NCBI GenBank assembly: GCA_963676915.2
Contig: CAXXVK010000073.1
Span: 8,560-72,559, forward strand
Direction of reading: 5' to 3'
Origin: Myxococcota bacterium
GTDB taxonomy: Bacteria; Myxococcota_A; SURF-8; G963663525
DNA: 64,000 bases
Position 1 is the stretch's first letter; each line of letters starts with the position of its first letter. The position numbers and the translations under genes are program-made. Of the stretch, positions 1 to 9,805 are shown one piece after another. Below the pieces are notes generated by a model that worked only from the letters and a program-made list of their open reading frames with translations, did no database searches and had not been told where the DNA came from.

Positions 1-1238
1 GATTTCAATACAACGTGAATGTTTTGAAAGATGGGGCGGTCTGCCTGAAACGATAACCACACGTTGCCATTTCGAATTCCCCCGGCGACACTGCAACCCG
101 AAAAATTTTCATCCAAACCTCGAGCCAGCGATGTAACAATGTTTCGATCCGTCCCGAGAGAGGATTCGTGAATATCGTAAAACCCGCTCGGTATCACGAC
201 AGGAATGAAATTGAAATTATACGTTTGCCCACCAAAAGTCTCCGTGGTCAAATTCAGGTAAACTCGATCGTTTGCTTGCCATTCTCCATTCACGAATCGG
301 TTGTCTATCCACACGGCATCTGCAAGCTGCGCCGTTCCACGGTTGCGATTTACAGGCGTATCCAACATGGCCAGCAGCGATTGAGCCTCCAACGCAACGC
401 TTGTCGCACTTTCAGGCTCGACACGCACAAGGACGCCACTCCAAACGATGCTACCCCCTTCCCGGATCTGTATCACACGACCCGCAAGAAACGGATTGCC
501 CGAAAAAACCTTGGTGCTTTCCGTATGATCGTTCGACTTTGTAAAGCACGCTCCTCGCGTACAGGAAGAAAAGACATTCCCCGTTTGATCCCCGAGAACA
601 ACGCATTCACTTCCAAGAAAGATTTTCTGTCCAGTCTCGAATCCGTTGCTGTCGCCCAACTCGATTTCGGTATCTTCCGGCCCGAGCGCCTGAACCAGCA
701 GTGTCGAGGTTCGATCCATGCCATACAAATCGAATTCTTCGGTCCACCGATGGTTCAAATCCACGAGGTACAACGTCATACCGTCGAGATCGGTTTTGCC
801 CTCTTTCAAATTGACCCGTTGTGAAAACGATTCGCTGGACCGTTCGATATCCAGATAACGCGAAGGAATACTTCCCACGCCTTCTACTTCGATTTCGATC
901 TGATGAGGATTCCAGAAACGTCCGACAGACAGGTTGAAATCGGCATCGACAACAGCGGCATCACAAACCAAGCGGTACACACGATCGTGAATCTGGTGTG
1001 AAACCCGCACATCGATGGCTATAATCTCAAGGGGTTTTCCCGGTTTTGTAACGAATGTCACCGAAAGCGGAATTTCATCCTCGCAGGATAGCCATTGGGC
1101 CGAGTCCGAATAGTATTCCAATTGCCAGTGCGACAGATCGGTAAGCGATACGATTTGGTTCCTCGGCACGGATTCGTCGAGTTCGATCCTCCATTTCATG
1201 CCGATGGCAATAGTTCTGGATCTGAATCTACATGTCAT
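1..1238 (-). CDS. Phage-like tail hub/baseplate protein, partial (runs off left edge)
   Basis: Not in the ORF track. Hand translation from ATG 1238 (MTCRFRSRTIAIGMKWRIELD...ECVVLGDQTGNVFSSCTRGACFTKSNDH...) stays open to the window edge. It starts 2 nt after the upstream gene's stop and lies after the tape measure and Dit-like genes. Confidence 0.6.
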   Translation of the reverse strand, partial: MTCRFRSRTIAIGMKWRIELDESVPRNQIVSLTDLSHWQLEYYSDSAQWLSCEDEIPLSVTFVTKPGKPLEIIAIDVRVSHQIHDRVYRLVCDAAVVDADFNLSVGRFWNPHQIEIEVEGVGSIPSRYLDIERSSESFSQRVNLKEGKTDLDGMTLYLVDLNHRWTEEFDLYGMDRTSTLLVQALGPEDTEIELGDSNGFETGQKIFLGSECVVLGDQTGNVFSSCTRGACFTKSNDHTESTKVFSGNPFLAGRVIQIREGGSIVWSGVLVRVEPESATSVALEAQSLLAMLDTPVNRNRGTAQLADAVWIDNRFVNGEWQANDRVYLNLTTETFGGQTYNFNFIPVVIPSGFYDIHESSLGTDRNIVTSLARGLDENFSGCSVAGGIRNGNVWLSFQADRPIFQNIHVVLK

Positions 1239-1239
1239 T

Positions 1240-2022
1240 TCAATCCACCTCCGTGAACGAAAGAGCGACGGTGCCGTAACGAGGCTGTGGAGCCGCCCAT
1301 GTTGCGGAATGCTTCAAATCGAACGTCTCCGGCAACAACCGTATCCATCCGTTCGAACTGCCTGCAACCACATCAGCATCCGATTGCCAGCAAAGGTCCA
1401 GCAACAAAGCCGGAATACCGGGTACCTCAACGTTCGTATTTGCAATCATCGACGAAACCATGCTTACAAGACGGTTCCACTGGGTATCAGAAAGAGCTTC
1501 GAGTGTGAGCCGCCTTGTTTGGGACATTCCGTTCAACGTCGCCTCCACATTGCCGGAGATCGACGTACCGTGACTGACGTTGGGATGTATTTTCCCGTAA
1601 TCGTGAAACGAAACGCCCTCTGAAATCAGCACGTTTTGAGGCGAGTTTTCGGAATTCAATGCATCTACATTCGTAAAGGCATAGCTGTCCGGCGTATCCG
1701 AGGCGGTTTTCGAAAAGCCGCAAAGCATTCCGATGTGACTGGAGTCGGGAAATCGCAGACGACAATCCGCCGCCACTTCACTTTGAAATCCCAGCTTCGT
1801 TCGAACCTCTTCCCCATTCGAAGAACGCACGATAGACCAACGGAACGCAGTATGGACCGTTTCGGACTGTGTTTGCATGGTCGCAAGGAGATCGGCAAAC
1901 GTTGGATACGTTCCAGCATCCACCGATACGTTCTGGTAGTTCGCTCCGCCATTCACGGACAATTCCCAAGCTCCGCAGTCCTCTTCGACCACAACCGGAG
2001 CATACAAAGCGATGAGGTTCAT
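1240..2022 (-). CDS. Distal-tail (Dit)-like protein 2
   Basis: 260-aa intact ORF, ATGA-coupled to the upstream gene and second after the tape measure. Beta-rich, ending YGTVALSFTEVD. Function inferred from position. Confidence 0.5.
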   Translation of the reverse strand: MNLIALYAPVVVEEDCGAWELSVNGGANYQNVSVDAGTYPTFADLLATMQTQSETVHTAFRWSIVRSSNGEEVRTKLGFQSEVAADCRLRFPDSSHIGMLCGFSKTASDTPDSYAFTNVDALNSENSPQNVLISEGVSFHDYGKIHPNVSHGTSISGNVEATLNGMSQTRRLTLEALSDTQWNRLVSMVSSMIANTNVEVPGIPALLLDLCWQSDADVVAGSSNGWIRLLPETFDLKHSATWAAPQPRYGTVALSFTEVD

Positions 2023-2750
2023 GATTTCACCAGCAAATCCAAGCTAAAGGAGAAATAGGTGCCGCTATCGTTCCACGAAACATTCGGAGTGTGTGCCCCG
2101 GAAGAAAGAACGTAGGTTCCGACTTCTTCGAGACCATCGAAAAGTCTAATAGGCATATAGCCTTCCACAGCCCGATCGTTGGAAGACGCCATGGTGTGCC
2201 ATAGTCGAAAGCGTTCGTATTCTTCGGCAGGAACCCAATCCATGCGCATCCGAACGGTTCGCCGAGATCCAAACCCCGCCGCTATTTTTTCACCACTGGC
2301 CGCCAGGGAGGATTCCACGGTGGATTCCAACCCTTCCGGTGCCACATCGCACAATCCATGAGAAAACATCGCCCAGGGCTTATGGGATGCTGTGTGGCTC
2401 GTAGACAACTCGTAGGTTCGTGCGCAACTGAAACCGATCCATTCCCAAAGCATGTTCTGCTGGGATACAAGCAAATCCTGCGCCGCAAACAGCGGTTTCC
2501 ATGCCTCCGGTCCCGTGATCGAAAAATGTCCGCACTCCTCCATCACCCAAGAAAATCCAGGGCTTCCCAAAGAAGCGCTTTCATTCATGCGGCTGCAAAG
2601 GTTATCCAGCAACATGAACAAACTTGTTGGTGTTTGAGACGATACGGAGCAAGAGTACTCGTTTTCCCCCACAGCGAACCGAAGACTTGTTGCGTCGAAA
2701 CCATTCGTCACATGCAACAGGGAATGCAAATGAAGCGATTTCAAGCCCAT
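2019..2750 (-). CDS. Distal-tail (Dit)-like protein 1
   Basis: Start reassigned to ATG 2750 (MGLKSLHL...), immediately after the tape measure stop at 2752. Ends YFSFSLDLLVKS. Function inferred from position. Confidence 0.5.
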   Translation of the reverse strand: MGLKSLHLHSLLHVTNGFDATSLRFAVGENEYSCSVSSQTPTSLFMLLDNLCSRMNESASLGSPGFSWVMEECGHFSITGPEAWKPLFAAQDLLVSQQNMLWEWIGFSCARTYELSTSHTASHKPWAMFSHGLCDVAPEGLESTVESSLAASGEKIAAGFGSRRTVRMRMDWVPAEEYERFRLWHTMASSNDRAVEGYMPIRLFDGLEEVGTYVLSSGAHTPNVSWNDSGTYFSFSLDLLVKS

Positions 2751-2751
2751 A

Positions 2752-3636
2752 TCACACCCCCAACACTTTTGCAGGTGTCGAAGAAGCCGTAGAACCGTAG
2801 CGGTCGAGAGAATCCAAAACGGCACGAGCCAATACCGGACCATCCGAGCGACGCCCGACGGTCGGGGAATAATTCAGCGTCAGGTACACCACGTTCGATT
2901 CACCCTGCCCGGAACTCTGACCCATCAACGAACCGGATGAACTGTACGTATTCACTCCGTAGGAGGGAGCGGTATACACCGGTTGCGAAATGGACGACCC
3001 CGCCGAACCACGCCCCGACCCACTTCGTGCAAGAGCACTGGACAAGGCGATCATCACGCCACCGGCAGCGATCAACGCTACCGAAGCCGCCATCGCGCCA
3101 AACCAGTTTCCACTGAAAAACGAGAGCCAGGCTTTGCTGGCAAACAGCAACGCCGTACCCAGCGCAACCATCGCCGTACCGACGATCTTGAGAAAGTCGG
3201 CCAGAAATTCCTTCATCGTGATCGGTGCGGAAGAAAACAGCGACCCCAAATACTGCATCAGCAAGATGTAGCTTTGCGTCAGGCTCTGAGCCACGGTCGA
3301 TGCGAAGGATCGAGCGATCTTTTCGTTGTAGGAGAGTATGGCCTGCGTCTTCTGGCGCTCCAGCTTATCCTGAGCGATCACCTTTTTACGGGTGATTTCG
3401 ATTTCCTCCTCGGCCAATCTTCGTGCCGAATCCAAACGCTCCTGTTCTCCCGAGGTTTCGTTCTGACCACTTATTTCCGCCGTGGCTCCTCCAAGAACAC
3501 CGGCAGCCTGTTGATAACTGTCCACGATGGACTGCGCGCCCTGAGCCAGTTTCTGCCAAGCCTGCCATAGTTTCTCGTTTCCACTCCCTTCGACCGTAGA
3601 ACCGGAATTACCGGCCGAATTTCGTTGGTACGCCAT
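2752..3636 (-). CDS. Short tape measure protein (~294 aa)
   Basis: ATG 3636 (MAYQRNSAG...). Ala/Gln/Ser-rich helical N-half, then hydrophobic segments (IVGTAMVALGTALLFA; FGAMAASVALIAAGGVMIAL). Directly follows the G/GT chaperone pair. Confidence 0.7.
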   Translation of the reverse strand: MAYQRNSAGNSGSTVEGSGNEKLWQAWQKLAQGAQSIVDSYQQAAGVLGGATAEISGQNETSGEQERLDSARRLAEEEIEITRKKVIAQDKLERQKTQAILSYNEKIARSFASTVAQSLTQSYILLMQYLGSLFSSAPITMKEFLADFLKIVGTAMVALGTALLFASKAWLSFFSGNWFGAMAASVALIAAGGVMIALSSALARSGSGRGSAGSSISQPVYTAPSYGVNTYSSSGSLMGQSSGQGESNVVYLTLNYSPTVGRRSDGPVLARAVLDSLDRYGSTASSTPAKVLGV

Positions 3637-4021
3637 GATTGTTTTCCTTTGCTTTTTCCATTTCCTTGTGCAGCGAAAACCGTTGCCGGGTCTGGGTATC
3701 CGCGACCAGCATGGACAGCAGATCCATGGTTTCCACGTAGACGTTGGGTTGATCGAACCAACCGCCTTGCAGTGGCAACACGCCTTTTTTGTATCGGAAA
3801 TACCAACCGAACGGATCACCCAGCGGCAGCGGATGACGTTGCAGATGTTTTCGAGGGCAACAAGTAGGCTCGATCGGGTTTCGTCCCATCTCTTTGGGCC
3901 ATTGGGCTTTCCAGCCGCTTGTATTCGTTTCGCATCGCCTACCGAACGGACAATTGGAGCAACCGAAAAGAAACTCCGGTTTGTCCACATCATCGAGACG
4001 GTAGGCGATCAGCAGTTTTTT
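3608..4021 (-). CDS. Tail assembly chaperone GT C-terminal extension (-1 frameshift frame)
   Basis: The -1 frame from the slip site reads KKLLIAYRLDDVDKPEFLFGCSNC... and joins ORF 3608..3988 in frame. It contains LPLQGGWFDQP, a motif I recognise from tail-chaperone C-termini. Confidence 0.7.
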   Translation of the reverse strand, partial: KKLLIAYRLDDVDKPEFLFGCSNCPFGRRCETNTSGWKAQWPKEMGRNPIEPTCCPRKHLQRHPLPLGDPFGWYFRYKKGVLPLQGGWFDQPNVYVETMDLLSMLVADTQTRQRFSLHKEMEKAKENNHGVPTKFGR

Positions 4022-4485
4022 GCGTCGCCCTCGCCAAGTCGGGACCGGTTCAAGATTGCAAGCCCGATTTCCTGAACCGTTTCGAAGTGCAGGTTCTCGT
4101 CAATCCAGCGTTCCGAAACCAGCGGCGGATTTCCTTTGACAATGGCTTTATCATTCCATCCATCGAAGTTTTCCATCGCCACTACGCCGTGCCGAAACGC
4201 CAGCCAGACCATCGAGCCGAAACCAATGGCGGTGCCATCCTTGCGCTGAATCGGCGCATCCTGAATACCCCGCATTTCACCCGCCGTAAGACCACGGCAA
4301 ACGAAAAACGTCGGCGACATGCCGGAGTGATACGTCAGATGTTCCGGGTTGTATTCCATATCTTCGGCATAAGCGGCCAGATCGCTGTTTTCCCGATCGA
4401 TCGCATCGTCTCGAATCGAAACCAGGCGGAAATCATCCATCGATCCCGCCTTTTTTTTCAAGGCCATATCCTTCTCCGTCAGCAA
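4009..4485 (-). CDS. Tail assembly chaperone (gpG-like)
   Basis: 158-aa intact ORF ending at the slippery site, located between tail tube and tape measure. Confidence 0.7.
   Translation of the reverse strand: MLTEKDMALKKKAGSMDDFRLVSIRDDAIDRENSDLAAYAEDMEYNPEHLTYHSGMSPTFFVCRGLTAGEMRGIQDAPIQRKDGTAIGFGSMVWLAFRHGVVAMENFDGWNDKAIVKGNPPLVSERWIDENLHFETVQEIGLAILNRSRLGEGDAKNC
4015..4021 (-). other. Programmed -1 ribosomal frameshift slippery heptamer A AAA AAC
   Basis: Minus strand GCA AAA AAC TGC TGA at the end of the chaperone gene: an X XXY YYZ pattern whose -1 frame is open into the next ORF, upstream of the tape measure as in lambda G/GT. Confidence 0.75.
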
Positions 4486-4489
4486 AATT

Positions 4490-5026
4490 TTAGGAAATTT
4501 TTCGAGTGAATACTCGCCCGCCGCAATACGCCGTATGTCGAATGGCCGCTTTTACGGCCCGCTCGACGATGGCTTCCGGCTCGGTTGAACTCTCTGCAAG
4601 CGTGTCCATCACTCCCAACGCGACTTCAGAACCCGAACCTACGGCGTCGTAATTGAAGCGGCTTTTCGTGACGGTAAGATCTCCGTTGCAACGGTAGCAA
4701 TCGCTCGAAGTGACCAATAGAGCCTGAAAATCCAGCCCGTCTCCCGCTTCCACTCCCGCCACAGCTTCCACGCCGTCGGAACAGGCGAATTCCCAGAAAA
4801 ATCGCCTTGCCTCTTTCAACGAGCGAATGCGCCGGATATGTGATACCGAGCGGATGTACTCGTTCATCAAGCCGTAATACAAGGCGTGTCCCACGATCAT
4901 CACCGCACCGAACGGCAACCGCTCCCACTTGGGACCAACCCACAGACGGTCGTTTCCCGCCTCGGCCTGGGCGTCGGAGCCGATCCAGGTTTCGCCGTTT
5001 TTCCGAATCGCGACACATACGCTCAT
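4490..5026 (-). CDS. HslV/proteasome-beta-like Ntn hydrolase
   Basis: ATG 5026, 2 nt after the tail tube stop. MSVCVAIRKNGETWIGSD N-terminal strand, a K in VGPKW, YDAVGSGSEVALGVM (GSG motif) and C-terminal AAIRHTAYCGG match the proteasome-beta/HslV pattern. Residue 1 after Met removal is Ser rather than Thr. Confidence 0.75.
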   Translation of the reverse strand: MSVCVAIRKNGETWIGSDAQAEAGNDRLWVGPKWERLPFGAVMIVGHALYYGLMNEYIRSVSHIRRIRSLKEARRFFWEFACSDGVEAVAGVEAGDGLDFQALLVTSSDCYRCNGDLTVTKSRFNYDAVGSGSEVALGVMDTLAESSTEPEAIVERAVKAAIRHTAYCGGRVFTRKIS

Positions 5027-5027
5027 A

Positions 5028-6296
5028 TCAGACAACCTTTCCGAAAAAGGCCAACGTCCAGTCGGGACAGTTCTCCCCAACATCTGAAGCATCGAAATAT
5101 TCGTTCGGATCGAGCGGCGTCAGTTCGAGCGTCTGTGCGAGGCGACCCTGCACTTCTTCCTCATCGGCCACACGGATTTCGCAGGCCGGAGCGTGAAACG
5201 CGATACCATTGGCCGGATCGCCGACATTCCACAGCACCGAAACAACACTTCCGTTTCGATAAGCACTGTGATGGCTTTCGGCGAAATAAACTCCGAGAGT
5301 GACTTTCGGCGAGTAGCTACGGATATCCCACGGCGCTAAGCCTTGAGAGGCGGACATGTCGTGTTTCTCGGGGTATTCCATACCGGGATCGAAAGCGAAT
5401 TTGTAGTACGGATACGCCACTCCATTGATCTGCAAACCTCCTGAAAGCGCCAGCATATCGGGAGGATACACGGCATACGGTCCACCGCTTGACACCCCTT
5501 TCACAACCGCCGGTACAACGTGCGTTTCCTCTACGAACAACCCGCCGTCCTCCTGAACGGCGTGCGTCAATCCGTGAAGATCGAATTCAATCAGCACCCG
5601 GCTGTTGGCCGAGGTGTCATCGATTTTCGCATTACCAACCAGTCCCGTGAGATAGCGGCTGAAATACTCGCCCCCCATCTCGATAGAACGCTGTTGCAGG
5701 CTCAGTGTATTTGGATTTGAGGGAGAAGGCGTAAACGATACGGCGGCAGACAACGAGCTGCCTTGCGCCGCGTGAGCGATCGAATACCGCCCGTTCCAGT
5801 CCCAATATATTTCGTTCGTATCGGAATCGATGCTGGCGATAGCACATGGCTCATACCTACCGTTCGAATCCGGACCGACCATGATCACGTCGCCAACCGC
5901 AAAATCCTCAGCCGGATCACTTACCAACACACCTTTGGCAGTCGTCGTACCTTCTTGAAGTGTCGCCCCTTTTCCGATGTGACCATCCCCCAACGTCGCC
6001 CGCAGCAAATGACCGAGTTCGTTCGGATATGTAGCATATTGATTCACTGCGGCGCGATCGCCACCCGAACGTGCAGCCAGTTTCAATTTTGCCTGGTTAC
6101 GCAAAGCACCGCGCAACGAACGGGTTTGCGACAGATCGGCGCGCATCGGCGATCGTTCGAGCAAACTTGTTTCGACCTTGATTTCCGCGTCGTCGTCGGG
6201 ACGAATTTCCGTCCAGCCATCGGCTTCGCCGGGTAACGTGTCGAAACTATCTTCCAGGCGACAGATGACTCGATGTCGTTTGTATGGATAACTCAT
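5028..6296 (-). CDS. Major tail tube protein (422 aa, with probable inserted domain)
   Basis: Position between terminator-like and chaperone genes. Tube-like N-terminus (VICRLEDSFDTLPG...LLERSPMRADLSQTRSLRG) and C-terminal beta strands. Confidence 0.6.
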   Translation of the reverse strand: MSYPYKRHRVICRLEDSFDTLPGEADGWTEIRPDDDAEIKVETSLLERSPMRADLSQTRSLRGALRNQAKLKLAARSGGDRAAVNQYATYPNELGHLLRATLGDGHIGKGATLQEGTTTAKGVLVSDPAEDFAVGDVIMVGPDSNGRYEPCAIASIDSDTNEIYWDWNGRYSIAHAAQGSSLSAAVSFTPSPSNPNTLSLQQRSIEMGGEYFSRYLTGLVGNAKIDDTSANSRVLIEFDLHGLTHAVQEDGGLFVEETHVVPAVVKGVSSGGPYAVYPPDMLALSGGLQINGVAYPYYKFAFDPGMEYPEKHDMSASQGLAPWDIRSYSPKVTLGVYFAESHHSAYRNGSVVSVLWNVGDPANGIAFHAPACEIRVADEEEVQGRLAQTLELTPLDPNEYFDASDVGENCPDWTLAFFGKVV

Positions 6297-6322
6297 GGAT
6301 TCTCTTTCTGCGTTTTTTCAGG

Positions 6323-6766
6323 TTATGGCTCGATCCAATCGACCGTAAATCGATGAACGGCCTTTGTTACGTGCCTTTCACGTATCGGCGCGTCGCTGCC
6401 TTGGTAGGAAATCAAACGCACGCCGCCAGGCCATTGATCAGGATCTTCGAACGCCTGACGAATCAGGTCCATGTCCCCTTCTACGAAAGACTCGTCGAAC
6501 GCCCGAGAACGGCTTCTCGGATACAGCACGGTAAGAACGCACGCAGCGCTGTATTCGCGACCCGTGGATACTCTCGACACGGAACGCACCTCACCCGCAT
6601 CGAGCACGAAACGTCGAAACGACTGAGCATTCGAAAGATCTTTCGCATCCAATGGAGCATCCAGCCTGATAAAACCTGCGTCAAAGGGCGCTTCATCACC
6701 CACCGGAAGGCCCGAAAGGCTCTCCAGAACCGTCGCCAGAGACTGCAAAATCGTTGCGTAGCTCAT
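6323..6766 (-). CDS. Putative tail terminator/completion protein
   Basis: 147 aa, ATGA-coupled to the upstream gene and directly before the tail tube. Size and alpha/beta pattern fit; call is positional. Confidence 0.5.
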   Translation of the reverse strand: MSYATILQSLATVLESLSGLPVGDEAPFDAGFIRLDAPLDAKDLSNAQSFRRFVLDAGEVRSVSRVSTGREYSAACVLTVLYPRSRSRAFDESFVEGDMDLIRQAFEDPDQWPGGVRLISYQGSDAPIRERHVTKAVHRFTVDWIEP

Positions 6767-7458
6767 GGTGCCAGCCTCGCCGTGGCCAGAGTTTTTTCGA
6801 CCTCCCCTACCCCACCGCTTTCGGCATCGACACGAACGGAGGACAAGAAACGTTCCAGCTCGTTTTCGTACCGGTCATGTGTGGCTACGAATTTATCCAT
6901 GTAAATGTCGTCGCCATGACTCATCGAGAAATACATCCGAGCCTGCGCAAGACTCAGTAACAGCCGGTCGAGCCACACCTGGTCGTAAACGGTTCCCGGC
7001 CAGATGCCATCCTGTTCGAGCCGTAGCCGCAATTCGATTTCGGAGGTTCCAAGCACTTTTTTCCGCGTCCAGCCATCCGGGTCGTGAGCTTCGAACGACG
7101 GGTCCATGTCGGAAAGATCTTCGCCCGACACGTTGGGTGTCCAGGTTTTTCGACTGACCCGAAATCCCCTTACAACCGTGGGGAGACTGTCGTATTCGAC
7201 CGTTGCACGGTACCCGTCGGAAACGGTCCATGGCTGTGGAGACGATGTATTCAGGCTGCAATAGCAAACGCCATCGTCCCCATTCCACAGCATGGCTTTT
7301 TCTGTAACAAGAGCGTTTCCGTCCGGATCGTTCACCGTCAAAAGGGCTTGCGGGTTTTCTTCCACCTCACCCCACGAATCGGTAGGAACGACCCAAAACG
7401 TCGTGGCTGGCTCATCCGTCGGGATTTCCCGTGGAAAGAGAAGATAACTGTGTGCCAT
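6763..7458 (-). CDS. Putative head-tail adaptor (Ig-like N-terminus, helical C-terminus)
   Basis: 231-aa intact ORF with upstream AAGGGA RBS. Beta-rich first half, helical second half. Call is positional. Confidence 0.45.
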   Translation of the reverse strand: MAHSYLLFPREIPTDEPATTFWVVPTDSWGEVEENPQALLTVNDPDGNALVTEKAMLWNGDDGVCYCSLNTSSPQPWTVSDGYRATVEYDSLPTVVRGFRVSRKTWTPNVSGEDLSDMDPSFEAHDPDGWTRKKVLGTSEIELRLRLEQDGIWPGTVYDQVWLDRLLLSLAQARMYFSMSHGDDIYMDKFVATHDRYENELERFLSSVRVDAESGGVGEVEKTLATARLAP

Positions 7459-7476
7459 GTCGTTTCCCTTTCTTGG

Positions 7477-9796
7477 TTACGCGATCGTTTCCCAGGTTTT
7501 TGAATTGTGGTGGTACTTGAGCGTAACGGCCTCGTTTTGTGAAAAAGCTTTGGTCGCCGAACCGCCGATGGTATCGCTTTCGTGAATTGCGAAACGTCGC
7601 GGCTACATCCGGAGCATGCGTCCATGAGGACGACACCGTGGCTTTCCAATATTCCTTGGTCGTAGCCGAGGTATCGCCGCTAACGTCGGATGCCTCAAGA
7701 CCGGCAGCGGAGATCGTAGCCGTAGAAGGATCGGTATCGTCTGAAAACCCCGTAAGGCTTCCGTCCGCAAAATCGCCATCATCACTCGTCAACGAACTCT
7801 GCGTAAACGTCAACCAGTCTGTACCGACACCGGCAACGACAATACCGGAATGCTGGCGGCGACTCAGAGTCAGCGTGTTGGCACCTTTGGACAACACCGA
7901 CACTTCGAGCGCATCTTCTTCGGAGGCCACACTCGGAAGATACAGTGTAAGGTTGCTCGAAGATGTGTCCACGCGCAGGCATTTTCCTTCGCACTCGCTT
8001 ACGGCCAGCACATCCTGGTCGTTTGCTGCCGTTTTTTCGAGCCATGCGAGCCGCAGGTTCCTTTTTTCGACCAACTCGCCACTGATTTTCTGGGCCGACC
8101 AGAGATCGGTCGTTCCCGAAGCGGCGTCGTCGATTTCCCGGTGAGTATCCGTGCTATCGACATGCGCCCGCAATTCAGAAGCAGAAACTTCGTTGGCACC
8201 GCCCTCGTCGAGCTTCGCATCCGTTCCGCTCGTATGACGTACAGCAGTGTTCGCCGCCACATCGGTATGCGCCGTGATGCTCGCCGTCATATCGGTAACA
8301 TCTGTCGCCGTGTGCGTATGATCCTTATCGGACTTACCGGAAAGACCATGATCCACCACGGCAAAGGGAATTTCATCCGTTCCCAAAGCATAGGCAAAAG
8401 CCGTACCGTCGGCGACATTTGCAAGCAACTGATCCAACGGTCGTTCCACAAATTTCTTGCCCGATAGCGTCGCCGCATTCAGCACGCGTCCGTCAAAGCA
8501 GGAACCGATGTACGCGGACACCTCATAGTTTTCCGCAGGTTCTGGAAATACAGGCGTATTGTCCGTTGTGTGATGAAACGCGATGTCCCAGGTATAATCG
8601 TCCGCTCCCTGGTTCCAACTGTCCCACACGCCCTCGTAAAAGATGTCGTGGTAGGGGTAACCGCTGGCTGTATGCAGGTTGTCCGTGTTCGTATACGAAG
8701 CGCCACGGGTATGAAGCGTTTCCGTTCCTTCCGCTCCATTCCAATACATTTCTATCACGATGAAAAAGTATTCTTCGTTTGCAATACCGCTTACGGATTG
8801 GAACGGAAACTCGGAAACGAAGGAACCACTTGAGTCGATCTGCCCTTCCAACTCCCACGATACCGTGCCGATGGGAGGCGTACAGTTGTACCATTCCGTC
8901 TCGCCACGAACATCCGTCATATTCGGAAGACCGCTGCCATCCACACCCACGACGTAGAATTTGAAATAGAGCGAGCTGGAAATTGCCGCCACAGTTTGGA
9001 GTTGTGCCTCTGAAACGCTTGTCGGATAGATCGTCGCAGCGTCGTACGGTGACGTTCGAACATTGCGCATTTTTCGGCTCGTCTTACGACGTCGGTAGGC
9101 ACTGCTCGGACCGCCATTGTCGATTTTATCGTTTGCCGTAGGGTGGCCGTAAACCTGCTCTACAGTTGTTAATACCGCCATACACCGGTCGAAATACGCC
9201 GGTTTCCTTATGGTGTTCGATAATGGCAAGCCGGTTGATTCCAGAAGCCAGCGGGAAACCGTACCGATCAGGTGCGCTGTCGGCAGCAAGCCACGCATAG
9301 CCTTCAACGTTTCCCAAGGATGCAGGATCATCGCCATCCAATGTACCCGTCGTCAGATCGAGTTCGACCGTTCCCCCGGATTTCAGCCGTGGTACCGTCG
9401 TTTGCGGGTAACGTCGCCCTCCGACCGTCCCGTTTTCAAACACACGCAGGCCGGGAAGAATTCTCAAACGACAATCCGCTTCCGGAGCGTTTTCATACAC
9501 GAGTAGCGAGCCGGGAAGATGATTTTCATGTTCTGCAAAATCCTGACAGAATCGATCTCCACCGATGTCTTCGACGCACTCCAAAACTTTTGTGCATCAC
9601 CCGTTCCAGCGTCGTCATCCAGTGCAAGACCACTGTCGGCCAAATCGCCGCTTTCATCGAAACTCGCAAGGTTGCCGTCCGTAGCCTCATCCACTTTTGC
9701 TGCTTTATCGCTCAGCAAGGAATCGGCCTGTTCTTTCGTATAATAACGATCGTCGTTGGTTTTCGGCGGCACCCAGCGAATGTTGGATGTACCCAT
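7477..9796 (-). CDS. Fibre/decoration-like virion protein (~770 aa), split by frameshifts
   Basis: GGAGG RBS and ATG 9796. Joins ORFs 9464..9796, 9126..9584, 7412..9337 and a final frame ending IGGSATKAFSQNEAVTLKYHHNSKTWETIA-TAA (7477). Fibre-type motifs YYTKEQADSLLSDKA, ATDGNLASFDESGDLADSG, HTHTATDVTD and a repeated DD..GT...WSA.K. Confidence 0.6.
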
Positions 9797-9805
9797 CGTT
9801 ACCTC

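Noticed and set aside
1-7458. Contractile injection system, R-type tailocin or T6SS
   Set aside because: No recognisable sheath, baseplate wedge or VgrG/PAAR gene in the window. Capsid, portal and terminase are present and the tail order is siphovirus-like.
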